Source of the DNA: Deltaproteobacteria bacterium | GTDB lineage: Bacteria > Desulfobacterota > Desulfarculia > Adiutricales > Adiutricaceae | Direction of reading: 5' to 3' | Assembly (NCBI GenBank): GCA_031278475.1 | Contig: JAITKK010000225.1 | Coordinates: 1 to 57,495, forward strand | Length of the DNA: 57,495 nt | In this document: positions 1 through 9,740 of the stretch, piece after piece | Layout of the letters: every line of letters begins with the position of its first letter | How positions within the stretch are numbered: position 1 is the stretch's first letter | Program-made: the position numbers and the translations under genes | The notes under the pieces: model-generated | The model's input: the letters and a program-made list of their open reading frames with translations, nothing else | Told to the model about the DNA's origin: nothing | Databases searched by the model: none

Positions 1-147
1 CCTGGCCAGGCCCCCAGGGCCTGGATTTTACAGTAACCCCTCTATTTTGTGTTATAATGCCCCCCGCGCCCGCATGGGCCCATGCGCCGCCCCCTTGGGG
101 CGGGCGCAAGGGACACGGGCCATGCGGTGGGGGGTGAGGCCAGCCTC

Positions 148-576
148 ATGAAGAAAATACTTGTCATAAACGGCCCCAACATCAACATGCTAGGGAAGAG
201 GGAGCCGGGTATATACGGCACGGAGAGCCTGGAACAGGTTAACGAGAACCTTGGCAGGAAGGCCGGGGCCTTGGGGCTCGAGGTGGATTTCTACCAGTCC
301 AACCATGAGGGCGACCTTGTGGACAGGATCCAGGGCCTGGACGGCAAGTACCAGGGGGCGATCCTGAACGCCGGGGCCTACACCCACACCTCGCTCGCCA
401 TCCGGGACGCCGTTTTGTCGGTGAGAACCCCGGTCGTGGAGGTGCATCTCTCCAACCCCCACGCGAGGGAGCCCTACCGCTGGCGCTCCTATTTGGCCGG
501 GGCGGCCGTGGGCTGCGTCGCGGGCTTCGGCCCCCGCTCCTACGAGCTGGCCCTGTGCTGGTTCGCGAACGGCTGA
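148..576 (+). CDS. aroQ: 3-dehydroquinate dehydratase, type II
   Basis: ORF 82..576. From the internal ATG at 148 (preceded by GGGGTGAGG) it reads [24 protein letters not shown]...QSNHEG...NAGAYTHTS...[15 protein letters not shown], the type II DHQase hallmarks. The 22 upstream codons look like a spurious extension. Confidence 0.9.
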   Translation: MKKILVINGPNINMLGKREPGIYGTESLEQVNENLGRKAGALGLEVDFYQSNHEGDLVDRIQGLDGKYQGAILNAGAYTHTSLAIRDAVLSVRTPVVEVHLSNPHAREPYRWRSYLAGAAVGCVAGFGPRSYELALCWFANG

Positions 577-634
577 GACGGGCCTAGCGAGATTTTCCAA
601 CATGCCCCACTGACCCAAAGGACCCTGCGGCCGG

Positions 635-3532
635 ATGCCGCAGGGTCCCCCGGATTCGGATCCCTTACCCTTGACCCTCGACACCATCACCATACGCGGC
701 GCCCGCGAGCACAACCTCAAGAACATCGACTGCGACATCCCCCGGGACTCCTTCACCGTGATAACCGGGCTCTCGGGCTCGGGGAAGTCCTCCCTTGCCT
801 TCGACACCCTGCGTGCCGAGGCCCAGCGCAGGTTCGTGGAATCCCTGTCGGCCTACGCGAGGCAGTTCCTCTCCCAGCTGGACAAGCCGGACGTAGACCT
901 AATCGAGGGACTGTCCCCCGCCATCTCCATAGAGCAGAAGACCACCAGCAAGAACCCCAGATCCACCGTGGGCACGGTAACCGAGATCCACGACTACCTG
1001 AGGCTCTTGTTCGCGAGGGTGGGCGAGCCCCACTGCCACAACTGCGGGAGGCCCATCAAGAGCCAGTCCGCGGAGACCATCGTGGACAAGCTCCTTAGCC
1101 TCCCGGAGGGCACCAGGTTCCTGCTCCTGGCCCCGGTGGTGGATGACCGCAAGGGCGAGCACCAGAAGCTTTTGGAAAGGCTGCGCAGGGACGGCTTCGC
1201 CCGGGTGAGGGTGGAAGGGGAGATCCTTGAGCTCTCCGACGGGGTCATCCTGGACAAGAAGCGGAAGCACCGCATAGAGGTGGTGGTCGACCGCCTGGTC
1301 CTCAAACCCGCCGCTAGAAGGAGGATAGCGGACTCCGTGGAGCTGGCGCTCAGGACCGGCGGCGGGGTGATGACCGCGGCCCTGGTGGACGAGAAATCGA
1401 AAATCAAGGAGGAGCTCTTCTTCTCCGAGAGGTTCGCCTGCGACTACTGCGGCATATCCTTCCCCGAGCTCACCCCCCAGCTCTTCTCCTTCAACAACCC
1501 CCAGGGGGCCTGCCCGGCCTGCGACGGCCTTGGCGCGAAGGTATTCTTCGACCCGGAGCTGATAGTCCCCAACCCGGCGCTCTCGCTCGCGGAGGGCGCG
1601 ATAGCCGTCGGGGGCAGGAACGGGGGCGTCTTCTTCCCCTCCCAGGTGGAGGGCCTCGCCAGCCACTTCCACATGGACATGAACGCGCCCTTTTCGAGCC
1701 TCCCCAAGAAGGCCAGGAACGCCCTCTTCTACGGGAGCCCCGAGGAGGTGCGCTTCTCCTACGTCCGGGGCGGCCGCCGCTACCACTACACCAGGGTCTT
1801 CGAGGGCATAGTGAACCTCCTCTCCGAGCGTTACCACGACTCGGAAAAGCAAGAGGTGCGAGACGAGCTCGCCGAATTCATGAGCTTCCAGCCCTGCCAC
1901 GAGTGCGGCGGTGCCAGGCTGCGCCCGGAGGCCCTGGCTGTCCTTGTGGGAGGGAAGAACATAGACGCCATATCCAGGCTCCCCATCGAGAGGGCCCTGG
2001 AATTCTTCAGGGACCTGAGCCTCCCGCCCAAGGAGGCGTCCATAGCCGCCCGCATCACCAAGGAGATAAGGTCCAGGCTGGGATTCTTGAACGACGTGGG
2101 GCTTGGCTACCTGACGCTCGCCAGATCCTCCGGGACGCTCTCGGGCGGGGAGAGCCAGCGGATTAGGCTCGCAACCCAGATAGGCTCAAGGCTTGTGGGG
2201 GTGCTCTACATCCTGGACGAGCCCTCCATAGGGCTCCACCAGCGGGACAACGAGCGGTTGCTGTCGGCCCTGAAGAGCATGAGGGACCTAGGCAACACCG
2301 TGGTGGTGGTGGAGCACGACGCGGAGACCATACTCTCGAGCGACCACGTCCTGGACCTGGGCCCAGGGGCCGGGGAAAACGGGGGCTACCTCATGTTCTC
2401 CGGGCCCCCGGAGGGGCTTCTGCTGGACCCCAAGTCGCTTACCGGGCTCTACCTCTCCGGAAAGCGGGAGATCCCGACGCCCCGGAACCGGCGGGACAAG
2501 GACAAGGGCTGGGTGACCATCAAGGGCGCCAAGGCCAACAACCTGAAGGATCTGGACGTTTCCTTCCCGCTGGGGGTGCTCACCTGCGTGACTGGGGTGT
2601 CGGGCTCCGGGAAGTCCACCCTGGTCCTTGAGACCCTGTACAAGGCCCTGCGGGTGAGGCTTTTAAGGGGAAGGCATAGGGCAGGGGAGTACAAAAGCGT
2701 GACGGGCCTTGAGAAAGTCGACAAGGTCATAGACATAGACCAGAGCCCCATCGGCCGCACGCCCCGCTCGAACCCGGCTACCTACACAAACCTTTTCACG
2801 ACCGTGAGGCAGCTGTTCGCGAGGCTCCCGGAGTCCCGGGCCAGGGGCTACGGGGTTGGGCGCTTCTCCTTCAACGTCAAGGGCGGCCGCTGCCAGGCCT
2901 GCAACGGGGACGGGGTCCTTAGCATAGAGATGCACTTCCTGCCGGACGTCCACGTGAAGTGCGAGACCTGCGGCGGGGCCCGCTACAACCGCGACACCCT
3001 GGAGATAAAATACAACGGCAAGTCCATAGCCGATGTCCTGGACATGACCGTGTCCGAGGCGGCCGTCTTCTTCCGGCACATACCCCTCCTCAAGCAGAAG
3101 CTTGGCACCCTTGAGCAGGTGGGCCTCGGCTACATACGCCTGGGCCAGTCGGCCACGACCCTTTCCGGCGGCGAGGCCCAGCGGGTGAAGCTCAGCCGCG
3201 AGCTAAGCCGCAAGGCGACAGGCAACACAATCTACATATTGGACGAGCCAACCACCGGGCTGCACTTCGACGACGTGAGGAAGCTCTTGGAGGTGCTCCA
3301 GCGGCTTGTGGAGCTAGGGAACACGGTCATAGTGATAGAGCACAACCTGGACGTGATAAAGTGCGCCGACCACGTGATAGACCTCGGCCCGGAAGGCGGC
3401 GACGGCGGCGGCGAGATAGTGGCGGAGGGCACCCCCGAGGAGGTGGCGGCCGACCCCTTGTCCCACACCGGGGCCTTCCTGAGAAAGGTGCTTGACATAA
3501 AAGGCCGCGCCCCGAGAAGGGCGCGGCCCTGA
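635..3532 (+). CDS. uvrA: excinuclease ABC subunit A
   Basis: 965-aa ORF with N-terminal [12 protein letters not shown], two ABC ATPase modules ([45 protein letters not shown]) and CxxC zinc modules. Length is typical of UvrA. Confidence 0.97.
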   Translation: MPQGPPDSDPLPLTLDTITIRGAREHNLKNIDCDIPRDSFTVITGLSGSGKSSLAFDTLRAEAQRRFVESLSAYARQFLSQLDKPDVDLIEGLSPAISIEQKTTSKNPRSTVGTVTEIHDYLRLLFARVGEPHCHNCGRPIKSQSAETIVDKLLSLPEGTRFLLLAPVVDDRKGEHQKLLERLRRDGFARVRVEGEILELSDGVILDKKRKHRIEVVVDRLVLKPAARRRIADSVELALRTGGGVMTAALVDEKSKIKEELFFSERFACDYCGISFPELTPQLFSFNNPQGACPACDGLGAKVFFDPELIVPNPALSLAEGAIAVGGRNGGVFFPSQVEGLASHFHMDMNAPFSSLPKKARNALFYGSPEEVRFSYVRGGRRYHYTRVFEGIVNLLSERYHDSEKQEVRDELAEFMSFQPCHECGGARLRPEALAVLVGGKNIDAISRLPIERALEFFRDLSLPPKEASIAARITKEIRSRLGFLNDVGLGYLTLARSSGTLSGGESQRIRLATQIGSRLVGVLYILDEPSIGLHQRDNERLLSALKSMRDLGNTVVVVEHDAETILSSDHVLDLGPGAGENGGYLMFSGPPEGLLLDPKSLTGLYLSGKREIPTPRNRRDKDKGWVTIKGAKANNLKDLDVSFPLGVLTCVTGVSGSGKSTLVLETLYKALRVRLLRGRHRAGEYKSVTGLEKVDKVIDIDQSPIGRTPRSNPATYTNLFTTVRQLFARLPESRARGYGVGRFSFNVKGGRCQACNGDGVLSIEMHFLPDVHVKCETCGGARYNRDTLEIKYNGKSIADVLDMTVSEAAVFFRHIPLLKQKLGTLEQVGLGYIRLGQSATTLSGGEAQRVKLSRELSRKATGNTIYILDEPTTGLHFDDVRKLLEVLQRLVELGNTVIVIEHNLDVIKCADHVIDLGPEGGDGGGEIVAEGTPEEVAADPLSHTGAFLRKVLDIKGRAPRRARP

Positions 3533-3635
3533 GAGATCGCTTCAATACCGGCCCGTGATGTAAGCCCTGGATGCGAACCCTTTGATGCGAACCCTTTGAT
3601 GCGGGCCGCGGCCGGTTCGGACAGGGCGCCCCGCC

Positions 3636-4688
3636 TCAGAGCCTGTGGGCCCCCTCCAGGTGGCAGTCGGCGAGGCTAATCAGCGCCATGGCCTCGGCCA
3701 CCGGGCAGAGCCTGGGGGCTATGCAGGGGTCGTGGCGGCCGTGGGTCTCTATCTCAGCGGCCCTTAGGTCCAGGTCCACCGTCCTCTGCGAGATGGAAAT
3801 GGACGGGGTGGGCCTCACGAAGAGCCTCGCCGTTATGGCCAATCCGGTGGATATGCCGCCAAGGATCCCCCCGTGGAGGTTCCCAAGCGGCCCGTCAGGG
3901 CCTATGGGATCGTTGGCGGCGGAGCCCAAGAGCCCTGAAAGCCTTATGCCGTCCCCCAGCTCCACCGCCCTTACGGCCCCTATCGAGAAAAACGCCTTCC
4001 CCAACAGGGCCTCAAGCTTCCCGAAGACCGGATCCCCAAGACCCGCCGGCACACCGGTGGCTATAAGCCTGACCGTGCCGCCCACCGAGTCACCCCTTTC
4101 CATGGCCTTCTCCACCTCCAGCTGCGCGAGTGGCGAGAACTGCGGGTCCAGGAAGCGCAGGGGGTCCGTCTCGGAATAGGCGTAGTCAGTGATGGATGCC
4201 TTGACCGTCCCTATGGCGTCGGTGCCGGCCCGGACGCTCACCCCCAACGGGGCGAGCAGGGCCCTTGCGACCGCGCCCGCCGCGACCCTTGCGACCGTCT
4301 CCCTCCCGGAGGACCTCCCGCCGCCAGGCTGCGGCGGGATCCCGTATTTCACGAAATAGGTCCAATCGGCGTGCCCGGGCCTGAACTTTTTGGCGATGTC
4401 CTGGTAGTCCGTCCCCCTGTGGGCCAGGTTCCGCACGAGTATGGCAATGGGCGCCCCGTTTGTTAGCCCGTCCCCTGTGAGCCCGGAGAGGATCTCCGCT
4501 TGATCCGGCTCCTTGCGGGGGCTGGCGTAGGGCGACATCCCGGGCTTCCTGCGGTCAAGATCGGCTTGGATGTCCTCAAGGCGAAGCCTAAGCCCTGCCG
4601 GCACCCCGTCCACCACCGCCCCAACCCCAGGGCCGTGGGATTCCCCGAAACTCGTAACCCTGAAATTCTTGCCAATCGTGTTTCCCAT
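3636..4688 (-). CDS. aroC: chorismate synthase
   Basis: ORF 3636..4790. The conserved N-terminus MGNTIGKNFRVTSFGESHGPGVGAVVDGVPAG begins at the ATG at 4688. The 34 upstream codons are probably not translated. Confidence 0.93.
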   Translation of the reverse strand: MGNTIGKNFRVTSFGESHGPGVGAVVDGVPAGLRLRLEDIQADLDRRKPGMSPYASPRKEPDQAEILSGLTGDGLTNGAPIAILVRNLAHRGTDYQDIAKKFRPGHADWTYFVKYGIPPQPGGGRSSGRETVARVAAGAVARALLAPLGVSVRAGTDAIGTVKASITDYAYSETDPLRFLDPQFSPLAQLEVEKAMERGDSVGGTVRLIATGVPAGLGDPVFGKLEALLGKAFFSIGAVRAVELGDGIRLSGLLGSAANDPIGPDGPLGNLHGGILGGISTGLAITARLFVRPTPSISISQRTVDLDLRAAEIETHGRHDPCIAPRLCPVAEAMALISLADCHLEGAHRL

Positions 4689-5014
4689 AGGCTTCCTCCA
4701 ATCCAAGGCTCTGCCCCGGTATGGGGCCCGCAAGGCGCAAAAGCCCGCTTTAGGGTCGCTGCCGGGGGGATCCCTTTGACTTCCAGGCAATGGTTTTTGG
4801 AGTCCGCGGCCTTGATGGCACCCAGACCTCTTATAGCAAAAAAAGGTGGATATTCATACCTTGGGAAATATGGCCAGGGCATTAAGGCAAGGCTTGCGGG
4901 CATTGCTTGCGGGCGGCTTCCGAAACGATCCTGGCAAGGCTTGTTTTGGGGGCATGGCCCCGCGCGCGGGAACCATCTGCCCGGCCTGGAGTCCTGCCCG
5001 GCCCGGAGCACGGC

Positions 5015-6112
5015 TCAGCCGGGAGGGGGGCAGAGCAGGCTAAGGAGGGTTATGTAGTGCCTTATGGGGCGTTCCGTGAAATTCACGGACAACATGGAGA
5101 ACAACGGGGTTTCAGGGCAGGACCACTTCAGCCAGCCTGAGGGGGAGTGCGCTATCTTTATGGTCAGGCCTTTCGAGTCGCTGTGTTTTTGCAAATCGTT
5201 CGTCCACTTGGGGGCAGAGTAGGAGGGGTGCCCTCCGCTGTCCAGGGCTATGAGAAGCGTGTCGGCCGATGGGTAGAGCGACCTGCCATTGCGGTCCCAC
5301 CAGTGGGAAAAGCACCTGAGCGGGAAAAATGGCAGATCGATTGTGGTGAAGATGCCGTTCGCGAAAGGCTCGTTTTTATGCTTTCCGACAAAAAACCCGA
5401 AGTCCCCCAATGATTGGACAAAGGTGAGGCGATCGGCCGCCCCGCACTTCCTGTTGGGTGTCCCGGAAAGATGCGCTATGGGCTGCTCGTTTGCGCATTC
5501 CCCCAGGAGCCTTGTGTGGATGCTTGCGACAGGGGAGCCGGAGTTTATCGTCTCAGCCACAAGCTTTCCCATGTATTCGAATTTCCTGTCCGCGAAAGGC
5601 CCTTCGCAAGACGGGCTCGCCAAAGGATCCCCGCAGGGGCGGAAGCCCTGCGAGCGCAGGGTTTTGCGCACAAGGGCCGGATCCTTCGGGAAGTTCCTGG
5701 CCACCATGTCCTCCGCCAGCCCCGCCGAGTCCTTGGAGGTCCACCGCAAGGGGGATTCGTCCCAAGAGCCCGGCCCCATAAGGGAAACAAGTGTCTCCTC
5801 GAAGCCAGGGCTAATTCCCGCAACGGACGCTTCCAAGCCCGCTGGCGCACCCTCCCCAGGATCGTTTTCATAGGAATCCGGTGCGGAGAGCATCGTTTCC
5901 TTGTCTATGGCATTGGGGGGGTACTTGGTGGCATCGTGAACCAAGCCCTTGCCGTTGGGGCCCAAAAGGGCCGCAAGGGCCCCTGCCCACCGCAGAAGGG
6001 TGGGCTTGTCGAACATCCTGTCAATTACAGGGCTGTAGCGTTTGAACTGACGGTGTGAGGGACGCTTGTCCATATCGTTTCGGTTTTGCTTTCGCACCCT
6101 GCCGGATGGCAA
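5015..6112 (-). mobile_element. ISAzo13-family (Rhodopirellula-type DDE) transposase-like gene, highly divergent, possibly an inactive relic
   Basis: 365-aa ORF (TTG at 6112, first ATG at 6073). It has recognisable family blocks: PLRWTSKD (cf PLRWTCKS), YPSADTLLIALDSGGHP (cf YP.A..LLI.ADGGGSN), PKWTNDLQ (cf LWK.ELQ) and SGWLKWSCPETPLFS (cf GTSKWNKIEHRLFS). The block expected to hold the first catalytic Asp reads SIHTRLL (cf SVDTKKKE). The C-terminus is shorter than I recall for the family. No terminal inverted repeats were identified by eye. Confidence 0.6.
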
Positions 6113-6362
6113 AGGCGGCTTGAGGTATTTACGTATTTGAATTTCCGCATCAATCCCATATTAGTGCGCATTATGGGTCTTTATGCGGAATAATGGGTTT
6201 TATGGCCAAGCTACCGGCATCCCCGCATGTTGCAATGTTTGCGTATCCTTTGCGAAAGCATGCCATGGCAAGTTAATATTTTGGCAAAACAGGGCTGAGC
6301 CCTCGGCGAAGCCTTTTCCATTCACGGTAATACTCATTACGATCGCATGAGGCGCACGCTAT

Positions 6363-6433
6363 GAGCGACATTGCATTTGACTCACAAAGCATATGACTGA
6401 CAAAGCATAAGAGCGACAAAGCATATGTGTGAC
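6363..6433. repeat. tandem repeat, 16-bp unit GASYGACAAAGCATAW, about 4.4 copies
   Basis: Read directly: gagcgacattgcattt / gactcacaaagcatat / gactgacaaagcataa / gagcgacaaagcatat / gtgtgac. Confidence 0.85.
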
Positions 6434-6621
6434 CCATGCAGGTACAGTACAAGCCAGTAATCAATATTAGCCGATATTATGTAAAATTACGCAATACCAA
6501 GTTAATTTATTGGCAAGACAAATCACCCGAATGGGCATGGATCCCTACCAACGAGGGAGCCACAACAGCATATCACATTATCGAAAATTTCCAATAACTT
6601 AATCGCCTGCACCGGGATTCC

Positions 6622-6700
6622 GCCCTGAGGGCATTATGCCATGATGCCCTGAGGGCATGTTGCCATGATGCCCTGGGGGCATGTTGCCATGTCCCTGAGC
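6622..6700. repeat. tandem repeat, 24-bp unit GCCCTGAGGGCATKTTGCCATGAT, about 3.3 copies
   Basis: Units at 6622, 6646 and 6670, then a partial copy. Read directly from the sequence. Confidence 0.9.
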
Positions 6701-6867
6701 CTTTCATTGAGGCAGGGCTATACTCTTAGCCTAAGTGCGCAATTATAGGCTTTTATGGCATGCTTATGTCGTATTTTGGAAATTATCGTATAAATTAAAA
6801 AGCCCCCGCATGACTGGATCAAGGGGGAGCGCATTTGTCAGGGCCAAGCATCCATCAATCTGGTTCG

Positions 6868-6944
6868 CCCTTGCAAAACCCTTACTAAACCCTTGCGTAA
6901 CCCTTGCAAAACCCTTGCATAACCCTTGCATAACCCTTGCGTCA
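6868..6944. repeat. tandem repeat, 11-bp unit CCCTTGCRWAA, 7 copies
   Basis: cccttgcaaaa / cccttactaaa / cccttgcgtaa / cccttgcaaaa / cccttgcataa / cccttgcataa / cccttgcgtca. Lies just downstream of the aroK/aroB stop. Confidence 0.9.
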
Positions 6945-7001
6945 AGCGCATGTCTTGGCAGGGCTTGGGTTGTGCGGTGTTTTCAGTTTGTTGGGGCTAT
7001 C

Positions 7002-8870
7002 TTAGAGGTAGGGCCGCAGGGCCTTGCTGGAACACTCAATAGCCAGGTCCTTGGCAACCCCTATGAGTTCCTCGGGGCTTATTTTAAGCAGCACGGGATC
7101 CTCGGGGTTGCGCAGCCCCACGAACTTGAGCGCGCCGTCCCTAATTTTTTTGTCCTTCAAGAGCAGCGCCTTGGCCACGTCGTCTTCCGGGTTTTCGGGA
7201 AAAGTACCACCCGCGAGGGTGAGGCATACGGAGCGGGCCTGATGCGCGAAGCGGTGCGGCAGGCCCAGGGCCCTCTCGGAGTAGAGGAGGCTTACGGCCA
7301 TGCCGTGGGCCACGGCCCTGCCGTGGCTCACGGCATCTGTCCCACCCGCATGGGCGCCCTCCACCACGTGGCCCCAGGTGTGGCCAAGGTTTAAGCGGTC
7401 GCGGATCCCCAGGTTCTCCCGGAAGTCGGCCGCCACCACCTCCATCTTGAGTGTGGCCGAGCGGAAGGCTATTCCAGTAAGAAGGGGGACGTCGTTCGTG
7501 GGGTGTTGTTCCAAGGGATCCAGCCCTTCCCAGCGCGGGGATTCGGGCCCCGGCCGGGCTTTTGGAATCCTCAGCAGGGCCCCCAGGTGGGAGCTTATCG
7601 TCTCCGATAGGCCCTTGTCGGAAAGCAGCCCCATCTTGTACGCCTCGGTCAGCCCCTCGGAGAGCAGGGCCTGGGGAAGGGATCCCAGGGTCTCCCCGTC
7701 CAGCCACACGTCCTGGGGCAGGTAGAAGATCCCCAGCTGGTTCTTAGCGCCGCCGAAGTTCACCGCGGCCTTGCCGCCAATGGCCGCGTCCACCGCGCCC
7801 AACAGGGTGGTGGGCGACAGTATCAGCCTTATGCCCCGCTTGAAGAGCCCCGCGGCCAAGGCCCCAAGGTCGGTAAGGCTCCCGCCGCCCCTGGCCACCA
7901 GGAAGTCGGAGCGGTCGAAGGGGCCGTCGGCCAGGGCGGAAAGCAAGCCCTCCAGTTCCCGGAGGTTCTTGGCCGCCTCGCCCCTGGCCTTGGTCCGGTA
8001 GACAACGGCCCTGTCCGGGCCAAGGGCCCTTAGGAGGGCCCCCTCCTCGAAGGGCAGGGCGTGGTCCAAAAGAACGAGGCACTTATGGCCGGAGGTGGCA
8101 TCCGCTATCTTCGAGAAAAGGCCATCCTTGGTGAGGAAGGTCCTTATGGAGCACCGGGACTCGCCATAGGCTGAAAAATCGCCAACCCTCGCAACCAGTG
8201 TGGAGCCTATGGAGGCGGCTATCGTTTCCGGGGGGCTGGTCAGCTCCAGCGGGAGGCCGAGGCCCTGGTAGGAGGGGAGCCTATCCTTGAAGAGTTTCCC
8301 GAAGGCCTTGAAGTCCAGGGCGAGAGGCCTGAGGCTCGCGGGATCCCCGCCCTTCGCCTCCCTTGACACCCTCTCCCAGAGAAGCCCCGGATCGTCCGTC
8401 CTGAGGTAGAAGACAAGCCCGTTTGCCTTCAGGGCCTCCCTGGTCTTGGGATCCATGGTGGCCCCGCCCCCAAGGGCCACCACCTTGGGGGCGCCCTTGG
8501 CCGTTAAGAGCCCCGATATCCTCTTTGCCTCCCTTTCGCGGAAGTCCGGCTCCCCAAGGGAGGGGTCCTTGAAGACCGCCGGGATGGGCATCCCGTACTC
8601 GCGCTCAAGGGCCTTGTCGAGGTCCAAGAATTCCCTCCCGAGGAGTTTCGCGAGCGCCCTTCCCACGCTTGTCTTCCCCGAGCCCATGAAGCCTATCAGG
8701 AAGAGGTGCCGCCCCAGCTCGGGTGGCAGCGCGCCCTCTTTGGGCGGGGCCTTGGGACGGGGGTTCTTCCCTGGGAATAGCATTTTGCTCCGATATCGGG
8801 GTTTGTTGTGCGTGTTTTCCGCGACGGTCGCGACAGCCGCAGTATTCGCGATGGTCGCGACAGCCGCCAT
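7002..8870 (-). CDS. aroKB: bifunctional shikimate kinase / 3-dehydroquinate synthase (fusion)
   Basis: N-terminal P-loop shikimate kinase block FLIGFMGSGKTSVGRALAKLLGREFLDLD. It is followed by a DHQ synthase-like domain (GGGSLTDLGALAAG, AAIGGKAAVNF, LNLGHTWGHVVE, SHGRAVAHGM). The start is uncertain: ATG at 8870 or ATG at 8783 (MLFPGKN). The first about 20 codons lie in a 24-bp duplication (AAVATIANT/AAVATVAEN). Confidence 0.85.
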   Translation of the reverse strand: MAAVATIANTAAVATVAENTHNKPRYRSKMLFPGKNPRPKAPPKEGALPPELGRHLFLIGFMGSGKTSVGRALAKLLGREFLDLDKALEREYGMPIPAVFKDPSLGEPDFREREAKRISGLLTAKGAPKVVALGGGATMDPKTREALKANGLVFYLRTDDPGLLWERVSREAKGGDPASLRPLALDFKAFGKLFKDRLPSYQGLGLPLELTSPPETIAASIGSTLVARVGDFSAYGESRCSIRTFLTKDGLFSKIADATSGHKCLVLLDHALPFEEGALLRALGPDRAVVYRTKARGEAAKNLRELEGLLSALADGPFDRSDFLVARGGGSLTDLGALAAGLFKRGIRLILSPTTLLGAVDAAIGGKAAVNFGGAKNQLGIFYLPQDVWLDGETLGSLPQALLSEGLTEAYKMGLLSDKGLSETISSHLGALLRIPKARPGPESPRWEGLDPLEQHPTNDVPLLTGIAFRSATLKMEVVAADFRENLGIRDRLNLGHTWGHVVEGAHAGGTDAVSHGRAVAHGMAVSLLYSERALGLPHRFAHQARSVCLTLAGGTFPENPEDDVAKALLLKDKKIRDGALKFVGLRNPEDPVLLKISPEELIGVAKDLAIECSSKALRPYL

Positions 8871-8912
8871 AGGCGGGTGCTTTCCGGCATGCCCTGAGGC
8901 AGGGGGTCCCTC

Positions 8913-9740
8913 TCAGCCGAGGCCTTTCACGAAGGGTTCGATCCCGATGTCGTCCCTGCCCGTCCAGCGGATGAAGGATAGCCTGGCCTGGTGGGCCAGC
9001 ATGGACCTCCCGTCGGAAAAGGAGGCCCCGGCCTTCTTTGCGAGGTTCTCGAAGAGGTTGGGCTTGCGCCCATAGTTGATGTCCACGACAAGGCCGCCCT
9101 TGGCCACCCGCAGCATCGGGAGGAAGTCCCCCAGTTCCGCCTCGGTGGATACGGAGCTTGCGTTCACAACCAGTGGGAAGGGCCCGAGGCTTGGGGGTTC
9201 GCTTCCTTTGGGGAACACATCGGCCCTGAAGAAGGCCGCGAGCGTCTTGGCCCTGGAGTAGGTCCTGTTGAGGATATAGGCGTGGAAGCCCTTCGCCTTG
9301 AGGGCGTGGAGCACGGCGCGGGCGGCCCCGCCCGCGCCGAGGACCAGGGCGGGCGAAGGCTCGATCCCCTGCAGGTAGGCCTCGGCGAAGCCCGGGGCGT
9401 CCGTGTTGTCGGCCAGCCAGTCCTGATCCCTCTGGGGCACCCCCTCGGCGATGACCCTTGCCAGGGTGTTCGCGGCCCCTATGGCACGGCACTCGGGGGT
9501 GCAGCCCTGGCTGTGGGCCAGGGCCGCCTCCTTCAGGGGGGCGGTCACGTTCAGGCCGTGGAAACCCAGCTTCCAGAGGGCGGGGAGTATTGAGTGGAGA
9601 TCGGATTCCTTGGCGCGGAGTGGCAGGTAGTGGCCATGGATGCCGCAAGCGGCGAGTGCCTGGGCGTGCATGTCGGGCGACGGGGAGAGGAAGACCCGCT
9701 CGTCGCCAAGAAGGCCCAGCAGCATGGGTTTTCCGGGCAT
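8913..9740 (-). CDS. aroE: shikimate dehydrogenase
   Basis: ORF 8913..9755 containing GLNVTAPLKEAA, AIGAANTL and VLGAGGAARAV (Rossmann). The ATG at 9740 overlaps the aroA stop (TGATG at 9738..9742), suggesting translational coupling. Confidence 0.85.
   Translation of the reverse strand: MPGKPMLLGLLGDERVFLSPSPDMHAQALAACGIHGHYLPLRAKESDLHSILPALWKLGFHGLNVTAPLKEAALAHSQGCTPECRAIGAANTLARVIAEGVPQRDQDWLADNTDAPGFAEAYLQGIEPSPALVLGAGGAARAVLHALKAKGFHAYILNRTYSRAKTLAAFFRADVFPKGSEPPSLGPFPLVVNASSVSTEAELGDFLPMLRVAKGGLVVDINYGRKPNLFENLAKKAGASFSDGRSMLAHQARLSFIRWTGRDDIGIEPFVKGLG

Noticed and set aside
190-1900. ORFs 190..807 (-) and 899..1900 (-)
   Set aside because: They are antisense to aroQ and uvrA. No motifs were found, and they have GC-rich shadow-ORF composition.
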